This document shows, piece after piece, positions 35,495 to 45,205 of a stretch of 64,000 nucleotides of DNA. Below the pieces are notes generated by a model. It saw nothing but the letters and a program-made list of their open reading frames with translations, did no database searches and was not told the DNA's origin. This DNA is from Rickettsiales bacterium (GTDB lineage: Bacteria; Pseudomonadota; Alphaproteobacteria; UBA8366). Numbering within the stretch: the first letter of the stretch is position 1; each line of letters begins with the position of its first letter. The DNA lies in the NCBI GenBank assembly GCA_002724555.1, contig PBOZ01000059.1:23-64022 (forward strand). The letters are read 5' to 3'. Position numbers and translations under genes: made by a program.

Positions 35495-35858
35495 GCTTTA
35501 ATTCATTTGCTTCTCGAGCTTTGAGATGGGCGCAATCGAGTATTTCCGCTCTCGATTAGAGTATCGAAACATCCCGTGACAAAACTGTAATGATTTGTAA
35601 GGTTGCCCCTAGTAAAGAGACACAACGCCGCGCAAGGGTTTTTAAAATAACATCATGTTTTATTGCCTTAGCTTTGGCAGTTCCAATTTTCCGGTGCACC
35701 AAAATTATGTAGCAGCTAATCAAGCATCGTAAGAAAGGCGTAGGATGGCTGCGACGCTAAATAATCGCGTTGACGGGCTCTGCCATCCTTCATAGTGTTC
35801 GCCCGCCAAAGGGAAGCCTCGGCTCCCGTTCCCGCTATGAGTTATAAAGAGGACGAAG

Positions 35859-37013
35859 ATGGCGAAGCCCAAAATACGACCTAAGCGGCCTGAATTTTCT
35901 TCTGGCCCTTGCGCCAAACGGCCTGGCTGGACACTTGAGGCTTTACAAGGTGCGCTTCTCGGCCAATCGCATCGGTCCTCGGATGGAAAGGCTAAGCTGA
36001 AGGCGGTGATTGATGAGAGCCATGTCTTGCTTGGCCTTCCGTCCGATTACGTAATTGCAGTTGTCCCAGGCTCAGATACTGGTGCTTTCGAAATGGCGCT
36101 TTGGTCGATGTTGGGTGCACGTGGCGTAGATATTCTCACCTGGGAGAATTTCGGCAAGACATGGGCAGTCGACGTGGAAAAGCATTTAAAGCTCGAAGAT
36201 TTGCGGATTTTTGCGGCCCACTATGGGGCGCTACCAGATCTATCTGCTATCGATTTTGACCGTGATGTTGTTTTTACCTGGAATGGTACTACAAGCGGTG
36301 TGCGGGTTCCAAATGGCGATTGGATTGATAGGGATCGTGTAGGGCTAACGATCTGCGACGCGACCTCAGCAGTCTATTGCATGGAAATGCCTTGGGATAA
36401 ATTAGATGTTGTCACTTGGTCCTGGCAGAAAGCGCTTGGCGGCGAAGCAGCACATGGAATGCTAGCGCTCTCGCCTCGTGCTGTTGAGCGGTTAGAGGTG
36501 TATACACCACCTTGGCCTCTGCCTAAGGTCTTTCGCCTGACTAAAGATGGTAAATTGAATGCGGCTATATTCCGAGGCGAGACGATTAACACACCATCAA
36601 TGCTTTGCGTTGAGGATGCACTTGACGGGCTGGCTTGGGCGCGTTCGATTGGCGGATATGATGCCCTGCGGGCGCGTACAGAGGCGAGTTTGGCGACGGT
36701 TGCAAAATGGGTCGAGAAGACGCCTTGGACGGAGTTTCTCGCAGATGAACCAGCAACTCGGTCTAGCACGTCGATTTGTCTAAAGATATCTGATGCCGCC
36801 GGATTGTCTGAAAAACATCGCGAAGCCGCGCCAAAGGAAATTTCGGATCTCCTGGCTAAGGAGGGGGTTGCAATGGACATAAAGGGACATCGCGAGGCGC
36901 CGGCCCATATACGGATTTGGGGCGGGCCGACGGTAGATCCGGAAGATATCGAGGTGCTACTGCCATGGCTCGATTGGGCATTTGACGAAATTTTACGCTC
37001 TAAAACGGCTTAA
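35859..37013 (+). CDS. serC: phosphoserine aminotransferase (alphaproteobacterial/archaeal-like type)
   Basis: 384 aa, AGAGGA upstream. [22 protein letters not shown] opening and [16 protein letters not shown] (PLP lysine region). Followed directly by serA. Confidence 0.88.
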   Translation: MAKPKIRPKRPEFSSGPCAKRPGWTLEALQGALLGQSHRSSDGKAKLKAVIDESHVLLGLPSDYVIAVVPGSDTGAFEMALWSMLGARGVDILTWENFGKTWAVDVEKHLKLEDLRIFAAHYGALPDLSAIDFDRDVVFTWNGTTSGVRVPNGDWIDRDRVGLTICDATSAVYCMEMPWDKLDVVTWSWQKALGGEAAHGMLALSPRAVERLEVYTPPWPLPKVFRLTKDGKLNAAIFRGETINTPSMLCVEDALDGLAWARSIGGYDALRARTEASLATVAKWVEKTPWTEFLADEPATRSSTSICLKISDAAGLSEKHREAAPKEISDLLAKEGVAMDIKGHREAPAHIRIWGGPTVDPEDIEVLLPWLDWAFDEILRSKTA

Positions 37014-37028
37014 TGACTGGAAACGTTG

Positions 37029-38606
37029 ATGCCCAAAGTACTTATCTCCGATAAGCTCAGTTCGAAGGCGGCTGATATTTTTGAGAACCGTGGGATTGCG
37101 GTTGATTTTAGACCCGGCTTGAGTGAAGGCGAGCTCAGAGAGGCGATCCGTGATGTGGATGGCCTGGCTATACGTTCGGCGACAACCGTAACTCCCGTAT
37201 TGTTGGACGCGGCGGCTAATCTGAAAGTCGTCGGTCGGGCAGGTATCGGGGTCGATAACGTAAACATCAAAGCTGCGACCGAACGCGGTGTTGTTGTTAT
37301 GAACACACCATTTGGTAATTCCGTTACAACGGCCGAGCACACAATAGCGATGATTATGTCATTGGCACGGCAATTGCCGCTAGCGAACGCCTCGACCCAT
37401 GCGGGCAGATGGGAGAAATCCGCCTTCATGGGAATGGAGGTCGCCGGCAAAACGCTTGGACTGATTGGTTGCGGTAATATTGGCTCGATCGTCGCTGACC
37501 GTGCGCAGGGCTTAAAGATGCGCGTCGTTGTCTTTGATCCATTTTTATCTTCTGAGCGGGCAAGGGATCTCAGTATCGAAAAGGTAGATTTTGATGAGCT
37601 TCTGGCTCGGGCGGACATTATATCTATCCATGCACCGTTGACAGACGGGACCAGAAATTTGCTGGATGCAGATGCCATTTCTCTTATGAGAGACGGTGTC
37701 CGGATCGTCAATTGCGCGCGTGGTGGTATTATTGTCGAAGCGGACCTGTGCCATGCAATCAAAAGTGGTAAAGTTTCAGGCGCTGCGATTGATGTGTTTG
37801 CCGAAGAGCCGGCGCGGGAAAACATTTTATTTGGCTTGCCCCAGGTGATAGCCACACCACATCTGGGGGCGGCAACGAGCGAAGCTCAGGAGAATGTGGC
37901 GGTACAGATTGCTGAACAGATGTCTGATTATCTGTTGTCCGGTGCCGTTTCTAACGCCATCAATATGCCGTCAGTGACGGCCGAAGAAGCACCGCATTTG
38001 AAACCGTACATGTCCTTGGCTGAGAAACTTGGTAGTTTCGCAGGACAGTTGACAGAAACGGGTTTGAAGGGAATTACCATCGAATTTCATGGTAATGTGG
38101 CCAAGCTAAACACGCGGCCGCTAATTTCCACAACGATCGCTGCCCTATTGCGTCCGTTGCTTGAAAATATCAATACGGTTAATGCAACTTCCGTGGCGCG
38201 GGACCGTGGCATTGCCATTACTGAGACCAAACATGACCAGCCGGAAGATTACGAAACCTTGATGCGTCTGACAGTTAAGACAGACCGCAGAAGCCGTAGC
38301 ATTGCTGGAACGATATTTGGTGGTAATCGGGAGCGGATTGTGGAAATTAAGAAAATTCCAATCGAAGCTGAGTGGGGCAAACACATGCTTTATATCACCA
38401 ATAAAGACAGGCCAGGTGTTATTGGTGATTTGGGGAAAACACTTGCTGATAATGGGGTCAATATCGCTACCTTTCATCTTGGACGGTCGTGCCCAGGCGA
38501 TGACGCGATAGCGCTTTTGCAAATCGATGATGCTGTGCCAGTTGGCGTTATTGAACAACTCGAGAACTTAAAGAATATAGTTCAAGTGAAAGCCTTAGAA
38601 TTTTAA
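37029..38606 (+). CDS. serA: D-3-phosphoglycerate dehydrogenase (long form with ASB and ACT domains)
   Basis: MPKVLISDKLS opening, GLIGCGNIGSIVA NAD motif, ATPHLGAAT, and a C-terminal ACT domain (ITNKDRPGVIGDLGKTLADNGVNIA). The ORF-track start 37026 is TTG; ATG 37029 is preferred. Confidence 0.92.
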   Translation: MPKVLISDKLSSKAADIFENRGIAVDFRPGLSEGELREAIRDVDGLAIRSATTVTPVLLDAAANLKVVGRAGIGVDNVNIKAATERGVVVMNTPFGNSVTTAEHTIAMIMSLARQLPLANASTHAGRWEKSAFMGMEVAGKTLGLIGCGNIGSIVADRAQGLKMRVVVFDPFLSSERARDLSIEKVDFDELLARADIISIHAPLTDGTRNLLDADAISLMRDGVRIVNCARGGIIVEADLCHAIKSGKVSGAAIDVFAEEPARENILFGLPQVIATPHLGAATSEAQENVAVQIAEQMSDYLLSGAVSNAINMPSVTAEEAPHLKPYMSLAEKLGSFAGQLTETGLKGITIEFHGNVAKLNTRPLISTTIAALLRPLLENINTVNATSVARDRGIAITETKHDQPEDYETLMRLTVKTDRRSRSIAGTIFGGNRERIVEIKKIPIEAEWGKHMLYITNKDRPGVIGDLGKTLADNGVNIATFHLGRSCPGDDAIALLQIDDAVPVGVIEQLENLKNIVQVKALEF

Positions 38607-39020
38607 ATTGCTTATGCAAGATTCCAGATAGGTTAAAGGGCTTGCTATTTGCGATTGTACGAAAGAGAAAACGAGAGGTCGCTATTTTCGCTTATTGTCT
38701 TGATAACACTGTTACAAAAAACGTTCGGAGGATTGGTCGTTCAGAGTTGTCGAGTTTATTTGTCTTGATGGAGAGCGCTAGGTCATACAGGCTCGTAATA
38801 TTTAGGAAGTTGCCAATTCAAATGTGTTGCGGATGAACGGGTTGTTACGGTTATTTAGACTAGATTTGTAGCAGGAGATTGCTGCGATAACGGGGTTATT
38901 GCTGCAATCTAAGCTAATTCTAAAGGAGCAGTTAAGGCGATCTTCGGTTAGCACGATACTTGCCGTTATGAGAAACGCACGCTAGGTATCCTCGTCTGCC
39001 GATAATTCCATGGACGTCCG

Positions 39021-40169
39021 ATGAGTGATTCATCTAGTAAAGCGCTGTTACCCGATGGGTTGCGCGATACGCTACCTCCCGATGCGGCCCACGAGGCCGC
39101 AATAATTGATCGCCTGATGCAAATCGTTGGTGCACGTGGGTATGAGCGCGTTGAACCGCCTCTCGTCGAGTTTGAAGACAGTTTACTTGACGGTGCGGGC
39201 CAAGATGTTGCTTTGGCGACGTTCCGGCTGATGGACCCCGTTAGCCAACGCATGATGGGCGTGCGCGCCGATATAACGCCACAAGTCGCCCGAATTGCTG
39301 CGACTCGACTGATAAAAGCGGCCCGCCCGTTGCGGTTGGCGTATGCCGGGCCAGTTCTGCGGGTGCGTGGCGATCAACTTCGACCGGAGCGGCAATTCAA
39401 CGAAGTCGGCGTTGAACTTTTTGGTCCACAACAAGCGGCGGCGGATATCGAAATTGTTTCATTGGCGGCGGACGCATTGATGGGAGTTGGTGTTAAAGAC
39501 TTGTCGATAGATTTGAACGTCCCGATGTTAACGCCCATGGTTTGTAATAGCGTTGGTATGGATGATGCCAAGATGGAGCGAGCTCGATTGGCGCTGGATC
39601 GCAAGGATGCGGCAGGCGTGGCAGAACTTGGTGGGGAAGCTGCGAGAATTTTGGGCGGACTCCTAAATGCTGCAGGACCAATGGAATCAGCACTTTATGC
39701 TTTATCAGATTTAGATTTGCCAGATGCTGCGAGCGACACATATGAACGGCTGCGACTAGTGTCGCGCCGTATCTCTGAAGCTGTTCCCAACTTGACCCTC
39801 ACAATTGATCCGGTTGAAAATCGGGGATTCGAATACTATACGGGCTTGAGTTTTACCTTCTTTGCGCGGGGCGTCAGAGGGTCTTTGGGGCGAGGGGGTC
39901 GTTATATTACTGGTATTGGCGCGGAACCCGCGATTGGATTTACTTTATTCCTTGATAGTATCGTGCGCGCAGTTGGGCGGCCTAAAGAGGTTCAAAAGGT
40001 CTTTATTCCCTTTGGAACAACCGCAAAGACTGGCGCAGACCTCCGTGGTGCAGGTTGGATCACGCTGTCCGGATTGTCACCCGAAGAGGAGACAGAAGAT
40101 GCAGCTCGCCAACAAGAATGCACACATGTTCTGGCAGACGGTAAACCGGTTGCTCTATCGGGCGACTAG
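39021..40169 (+). CDS. hisZ: ATP phosphoribosyltransferase regulatory subunit
   Basis: 382 aa. [35 protein letters not shown] and [10 protein letters not shown] are HisRS-like blocks without the anticodon-binding domain, typical of HisZ. Confidence 0.8.
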   Translation: MSDSSSKALLPDGLRDTLPPDAAHEAAIIDRLMQIVGARGYERVEPPLVEFEDSLLDGAGQDVALATFRLMDPVSQRMMGVRADITPQVARIAATRLIKAARPLRLAYAGPVLRVRGDQLRPERQFNEVGVELFGPQQAAADIEIVSLAADALMGVGVKDLSIDLNVPMLTPMVCNSVGMDDAKMERARLALDRKDAAGVAELGGEAARILGGLLNAAGPMESALYALSDLDLPDAASDTYERLRLVSRRISEAVPNLTLTIDPVENRGFEYYTGLSFTFFARGVRGSLGRGGRYITGIGAEPAIGFTLFLDSIVRAVGRPKEVQKVFIPFGTTAKTGADLRGAGWITLSGLSPEEETEDAARQQECTHVLADGKPVALSGD

Positions 40170-40186
40170 AAAATAAGGACGCGGCA

Positions 40187-41479
40187 ATGGCAAATGTTGT
40201 GGTCATCGGTTCACAATGGGGCGATGAGGGCAAGGGAAAGATTGTTGATTGGCTTTCGGATCGCGCCGATGTCGTTGTGCGCTTTCAGGGTGGCCACAAT
40301 GCGGGGCATACACTTGTCATTGATGGCGAAGTTTTCAAGTTAAGCTTGCTTCCATCTGGAGTTGTTCGACCTGACAAGCTCTCGATAATTGGCAATGGTG
40401 TCGTAATAGACCCATGGGCGCTTTTGGAGGAAATTGCTCGGATCGAAGAGCAGGGTGTTAAAATAGACCCTAGTCGATTGAAGATAGCTGGAAATGCGCC
40501 GTTAATTTTACCACTGCACCGCGCTTTGGATCTGGCGCGGGAAGAGGCGCGAGGTAAGGCAAAAATTGGAACGACTGGTCGCGGGATAGGCCCAGCTTAT
40601 GAAGACAAGGCAGCCCGTCGTGCAATTCGCGTGTGCGATTTGGCAGACCAAAGTTATCTTGGTGCTAAAGTTGACGAACTCCTAGTGCATCACAACGCTT
40701 TGCTTCGGGGATTCGGACAAGATGAGATCGATCGTGAAAAATTAATGAATTCACTGGCAGAATTAGCGCCTAGGCTGCTGCCGTATGCTGCGACCGTCTG
40801 GCAGGAATTGGGCAAGGAGCAGGCTGCTGGTAAACGAATCCTTTTTGAGGGGGCGCAAGGTGTCATGCTTGATGTCGATCACGGGACTTACCCGTTCGTT
40901 ACGTCGTCAAATACGGTCGCTGGATCGGCAGCCGCGGGGACTGGGCTTGGTCCGAAGTCACTCGAATATATTCTTGGCATTACCAAAGCCTATACGACCC
41001 GCGTCGGTTCGGGGCCATTTCCAACGGAACTAGACGATGAAATGGGGATCCTATTAGGCCAGCGAGGGCGAGAATTTGGGACTGTTACGGGACGTGAGCG
41101 ACGGTGTGGTTGGTTTGACGCCGTTTTGGTGAGCCAATCGGTGAAACTATCGGGGATAGATGGGATTGCTCTTACGAAACTTGATGTTCTCGACGGTTTA
41201 AGCGAAATCAAGGTGTGTGTGGGGTATAAAATTAATGGTCAAGAATTTGACTATTTACCTTCTAGTTCAACATTGCAGATGATTGCGGAGCCGGTTTATG
41301 AGACTTTGGAAGGTTGGGGTGGAAGCTTACAAGGGTTCCGCTCTTGGGCTGAATTGCCCAAAATGGCGATCAAATACATTCGGCGTATTGAGGAATTGAT
41401 TGGAGTGCCTGTTACCTTGCTTTCAACAAGTCCTGAACGGGATGACACAATAATGGTGCGTGACCCATTCATCGTTTAA
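40187..41479 (+). CDS. purA: adenylosuccinate synthase
   Basis: 430 aa. [39 protein letters not shown] and GWFD are canonical PurA motifs. Confidence 0.95.
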   Translation: MANVVVIGSQWGDEGKGKIVDWLSDRADVVVRFQGGHNAGHTLVIDGEVFKLSLLPSGVVRPDKLSIIGNGVVIDPWALLEEIARIEEQGVKIDPSRLKIAGNAPLILPLHRALDLAREEARGKAKIGTTGRGIGPAYEDKAARRAIRVCDLADQSYLGAKVDELLVHHNALLRGFGQDEIDREKLMNSLAELAPRLLPYAATVWQELGKEQAAGKRILFEGAQGVMLDVDHGTYPFVTSSNTVAGSAAAGTGLGPKSLEYILGITKAYTTRVGSGPFPTELDDEMGILLGQRGREFGTVTGRERRCGWFDAVLVSQSVKLSGIDGIALTKLDVLDGLSEIKVCVGYKINGQEFDYLPSSSTLQMIAEPVYETLEGWGGSLQGFRSWAELPKMAIKYIRRIEELIGVPVTLLSTSPERDDTIMVRDPFIV

Positions 41480-41603
41480 ACTAAGGTGTTATAAACTTAA
41501 TTTGCTTAGCTACAGAATTTTTGATGCATTGGACGAGTGAGAAATTTCTTGCTTGGGGCGCTGATTGCAATTATCCGTGAGGTAGCGGAGACGATGTGAC
41601 GAC

Positions 41604-43631
41604 ATGGCCCTAAACCCATCGGAAAGCAACGGAGGCGATACGGTCAGCGGTACGGTTACGCTTAAGGACAAGTTTAATATAAACTTGGGAGCGGCGTTAC
41701 CATCGTACGACGTGGCTCCGGCAGTAGCCTATCGATCCACATTGGTGTCCGGGAAGAAACAATCACTTATGGCGCTGGTATGTGATCCGCAGTTGCCATT
41801 ACGGGCCGATAAGATTCCGACGCTTCAAATGCTTGATACGCGGATGTTACTCAAGCCCCATGATTGGGGCGTCTCCGATTGGCCAATCGAAAACCGCCGT
41901 TGCCCGATCGTGATTGTAGACCGACCATTAGGCCCACGGGTTATGCCCAGTCTGGACACGCATTTTAGCCCGATGAATGAGGATTTGATCACTCGGCTGT
42001 TGATACGTCCCGCAGCAGAGTTTCTTGAACTTATAGGTAATAAAAATCTAACGCACCGCGCAATCCGTCCAGATAACATATTTTATAGAGACGTTGAACA
42101 AACGCGTATGATTCTCGGCGATTGTTCCTCGTCCCCACCGGCAATTGCCCAACCGGCCGTGTTCGAAACAATTGAAAGCGGAATGGCGCTCCCCGCTGGC
42201 CGAGGCGATGGCTCATCGACGAATGATCTATATTCGCTTGGTGTTACGATCCTGTCCTTGTTAATCGGGTATGTTCCGATGGCTAAATTAACGGACGAAC
42301 AAGTGATAGAAGAGAAGCTGACCCACGGTTCTTATAATGCGTTAGTTGGGCGTGAGCGAGTATCTCTGACAATGATGGAGGTATTACGGGGCCTTTTGAA
42401 TGATGATCCGAAGGAGCGCTGGGCTACAAGCGATTTGGTTTTTTGGTCGGATGGATTGCGACAGAACCCAAAGCCGAGATTAATTCCTAATAAAGCGAAC
42501 CGACCTTTTGTCTTTAACGGTAATGCATATCAGACACCTCGCGAACTTGCGAACGCCTTTGTCAAAAATTGGGATGCAGCCGTTACGCCTATCAAAGATG
42601 GATCACTGAATATTTGGCTTCGTAGAGGTTTTAGCGACGAAGCACTAATTGAAACCGTTAATGATGCGATGACTGACCCAGTTGTTGCAGACAGGGCCGA
42701 CGATGCGCTTGTAGCCAAAGTGTGCATGGCTCTCGACCCAGATGCACCTCTGAGGTATCGCGAACTTCGGGCGACAGTTGAAGGTCTCGGAATGTTGATT
42801 GGCCATTATCTCGAAGATGACGATATGCGTGATTCGTTTGTGCAGGTGATGCGCGAGCAGCTTTATGCCTATTGGCAAAGAAACCAAGCCCGAATTAGCG
42901 AGGCACAACAGAAGTTTGTTGCCGATTATGATCGATCCAGAAATAATTTGGACCGGATTGGGCTAGGGTTGGGCGTCGAACGCGTCGCGTACGATTTGAA
43001 TTCAAATTTACCGTGCCGATCTCCGATATTGAACAATGATTACGTCATTGAGGCAGATCAATTATTGCCCGCATTGGAATATCTTGCGACTAGTGGCGTA
43101 GAATTTAGCTCACTCGTTGATAGAAATATGGCGGCGTTTCTAGCGTCAAAAATGGAGCGGCACGTGCAGGCGGACCTCCGTGATTTGGACAATAAGGTTG
43201 ATCTGCATATCCCTTTAATTGCTTCCGTTAAGATTTTATCAACTCTCCAGGAACGTGTCGCTAAAGCGGATTTCGTGGATTTAGCCGGCGCGGTAGCCAC
43301 GATGCTCGAACCTTCTGTTGAGCGATTTCATAGCCGGACCGTTCGCAAACGGGTGCGAGATGGGTTGAAAAAGGCTACTCGAACCGGTCGCCTATCCCAT
43401 CTAGTCGGAACGGTCAACGATCCCCGAAATGTTGCAGCAGATGCAGACGCATTTAAACAAGCATCGGCTGCTTATGCGCAGACAGTGATGGAGGACCAGT
43501 GGGTAGAATACGAAAAAACAAACCGTGAATATTTTGCGCGTGAAAAGGGCGCTCAAATGGCAGCGACAGTTTCTGGGGTCATTACGTGTATTGCGTCTGT
43601 TCTGATTTTCGTTTTCATGATGTTATTTTAG
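41604..43631 (+). CDS. membrane-anchored Hanks-type protein kinase-like protein with degenerate catalytic motifs (predicted pseudokinase)
   Basis: 675 aa. Kinase subdomains are recognisable (HRAIRPDNIF, DLYSLGVTILSLLIG, LLNDDPKERW). HRD is HRA, DFG is GDC, and no GxGxxG or VAIK lysine is visible. The C-terminal 23 residues are hydrophobic (VSGVITCIASVLIFVFMMLF). Confidence 0.7.
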   Translation: MALNPSESNGGDTVSGTVTLKDKFNINLGAALPSYDVAPAVAYRSTLVSGKKQSLMALVCDPQLPLRADKIPTLQMLDTRMLLKPHDWGVSDWPIENRRCPIVIVDRPLGPRVMPSLDTHFSPMNEDLITRLLIRPAAEFLELIGNKNLTHRAIRPDNIFYRDVEQTRMILGDCSSSPPAIAQPAVFETIESGMALPAGRGDGSSTNDLYSLGVTILSLLIGYVPMAKLTDEQVIEEKLTHGSYNALVGRERVSLTMMEVLRGLLNDDPKERWATSDLVFWSDGLRQNPKPRLIPNKANRPFVFNGNAYQTPRELANAFVKNWDAAVTPIKDGSLNIWLRRGFSDEALIETVNDAMTDPVVADRADDALVAKVCMALDPDAPLRYRELRATVEGLGMLIGHYLEDDDMRDSFVQVMREQLYAYWQRNQARISEAQQKFVADYDRSRNNLDRIGLGLGVERVAYDLNSNLPCRSPILNNDYVIEADQLLPALEYLATSGVEFSSLVDRNMAAFLASKMERHVQADLRDLDNKVDLHIPLIASVKILSTLQERVAKADFVDLAGAVATMLEPSVERFHSRTVRKRVRDGLKKATRTGRLSHLVGTVNDPRNVAADADAFKQASAAYAQTVMEDQWVEYEKTNREYFAREKGAQMAATVSGVITCIASVLIFVFMMLF

Positions 43632-43649
43632 CGTAGAGGGAGAAGGGGG

Positions 43650-44192
43650 ATGTCAGAGGAGCAACAAGCGCAAGGGACGACGAAAGGTAGGACGATCATT
43701 GCGTGGGTCGTTGCACCGCTCGTCTGCATTGCGTTCTTTCCCACTTTTCTGCTCATGGTGATTGGTATGGCACCGTCAATTGTCGCGTACATTGTAGATG
43801 TGCGGCCTGGTAAAGTAACAGCGCGTGCAATCGGTTACCTTAATTTTGCGGGGTGTCTGCCATATGCGTTTAATCTTTGGACCGGCAAAAACACGATTAC
43901 CGGCGTTATTGAGTTGGTTTTTGACCCGTCTGCTCTAATGATCATGTACAGTTCTGCCGCCGCGGGCTGGATGCTAGTCTTCTTAATGTCGCCGATAATG
44001 TCGGCTTATCTCGTTGTCCGCCACGAAGCAAAACGGCACGCAATCGCTAGCCGACAAGAATCTCTTGTAAAGGAATGGGGTCCGGAAGTTAGAGGACGTC
44101 ACCTGCCCGCCTCCTCTAAACAACAGCCGGCCGTGGCAAATATTAAAGATGATGAAACGATAGACAGTGTTGCGAGTAAAGAAAGTGAATAG
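43650..44192 (+). CDS. hypothetical polytopic membrane protein
   Basis: 180 aa. Strong SD GAGGGAGAAGGGGG, 18 nt after the kinase-like gene. About four hydrophobic helices, then a charged C-terminal tail. No family recognised. Confidence 0.6.
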   Translation: MSEEQQAQGTTKGRTIIAWVVAPLVCIAFFPTFLLMVIGMAPSIVAYIVDVRPGKVTARAIGYLNFAGCLPYAFNLWTGKNTITGVIELVFDPSALMIMYSSAAAGWMLVFLMSPIMSAYLVVRHEAKRHAIASRQESLVKEWGPEVRGRHLPASSKQQPAVANIKDDETIDSVASKESE

Positions 44193-44208
44193 CCCCAATG
44201 TTTTATGG

Positions 44209-45102
44209 CTAACTTTCAGCTGACGACATATTGTTTTCTATAGCCGCGTTTCGAATGGCTTTTTGCAATTTTTCAAAAGCCCGCACCTCGATTTGGCGCA
44301 CACGTTCGCGGCTTATGCAATACACTTTGCTGAGGTCTTCCAACGTTGTGGGGCTTTCCTTTAGCCGTCTTTCTGTCAGGATATGCCGTTCACGATCGCT
44401 GAGGAATTGAAGCGCGTCCCGAAGCAAGTTTTGGCGCATAGAATATTCTTCTGACTCGGCCAGTCGAGTTTCTTGGCTTTCCGAATCATCGGTGAGCCAA
44501 TCTATCCACTCACCATCTGTATCGGCTCGAAGTGGGGCATTCAGCGAATGATCAGATCCAGCCATGCGCCGATTCATGGAGATAACCTCAGCCTCTGAGA
44601 CATCTAACCGTTCGGCAATTTCTCCTACATGTTCCGGTGTAAGATCACCTTCTTCGAACGCTTGGATTTGCCCTTTTAGCTTACGAAGGTTAAAAAATAG
44701 CTTTTTCTGAGCTGCCGTGGTGCCAATTTTAACGAGCGACCAGGAATGCAAAATATATTCTTGAATCGCGGCGCGTATCCACCACATCGCATAAGTTGCC
44801 AGACGAAAACCACGCTCAGGATCAAAGCGTTTGACTGCTTGCATCAGTCCAATATTACCTTCAGAAATTAATTCTGCGAGCGGTAAGCCATAGCCGCGAT
44901 AACCTGAAGCAATCTTGGCGACCAAGCGTAAGTGGCTTGTTACCATCTTGTGTGCAGACGCTGTATCAGTGTGCTCGAGCCAACGCTTTGCAAGCATATA
45001 TTCTTCCCCTTTTTCCAACATGGGGAAGCGACGAATTTCTTGCAAGTAGCGCTGCAGGTTGCTTTCCGGACTAATTGAAATCGCGCTTGGTAAAGATGTC
45101 AT
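44209..45102 (-). CDS. rpoH: RNA polymerase sigma-32 (heat-shock sigma factor)
   Basis: 297 aa. Region 2 (LISEGNIGLMQAVKRFDPERGFRLATYAMWWIRAAI), RpoH box QKKLFFNLRK, region 4 (LSKVYCISRERVRQIE). AGGAGA SD. Confidence 0.93.
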   Translation of the reverse strand: MTSLPSAISISPESNLQRYLQEIRRFPMLEKGEEYMLAKRWLEHTDTASAHKMVTSHLRLVAKIASGYRGYGLPLAELISEGNIGLMQAVKRFDPERGFRLATYAMWWIRAAIQEYILHSWSLVKIGTTAAQKKLFFNLRKLKGQIQAFEEGDLTPEHVGEIAERLDVSEAEVISMNRRMAGSDHSLNAPLRADTDGEWIDWLTDDSESQETRLAESEEYSMRQNLLRDALQFLSDRERHILTERRLKESPTTLEDLSKVYCISRERVRQIEVRAFEKLQKAIRNAAIENNMSSAES

Positions 45103-45154
45103 GGCTTCGGGTCTCCTGATAGATGCACTTTAGCACTCTATACGACTGTTTGCC

Positions 45155-45183
45155 AAATGGGGATCACTTCAACAAATTTCAAG
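45155..45183 (-). promoter_or_regulatory. sigma-32-type promoter upstream of rpoH
   Basis: The minus strand reads CTTGAAA-tttgttgaagtgat-CCCCATTT. This matches the E. coli sigma-32 consensus CTTGAAA-N13-15-CCCCATNT exactly, with a 14-nt spacer. The -10 element ends about 52 nt upstream of the rpoH ATG. Confidence 0.7.
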
Positions 45184-45205
45184 GATTATTTAGAACAATT
45201 CTAAT

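Noticed and set aside
37010-37855. 281-aa minus-strand ORF (and 36374..36880, 168 aa)
   Set aside because: Both are antisense shadows of serA and serC. Their Ala/Ser/Arg/Pro-rich translations carry no motifs, whereas the plus-strand genes have unambiguous homology.
38642-38836. 64-aa ORF in the serA-hisZ gap
   Set aside because: It has a TTG start, no SD, and an A+T-rich, Arg/Lys/Cys-rich translation with no recognisable family. It was treated as non-coding; see the finding on the gap itself.
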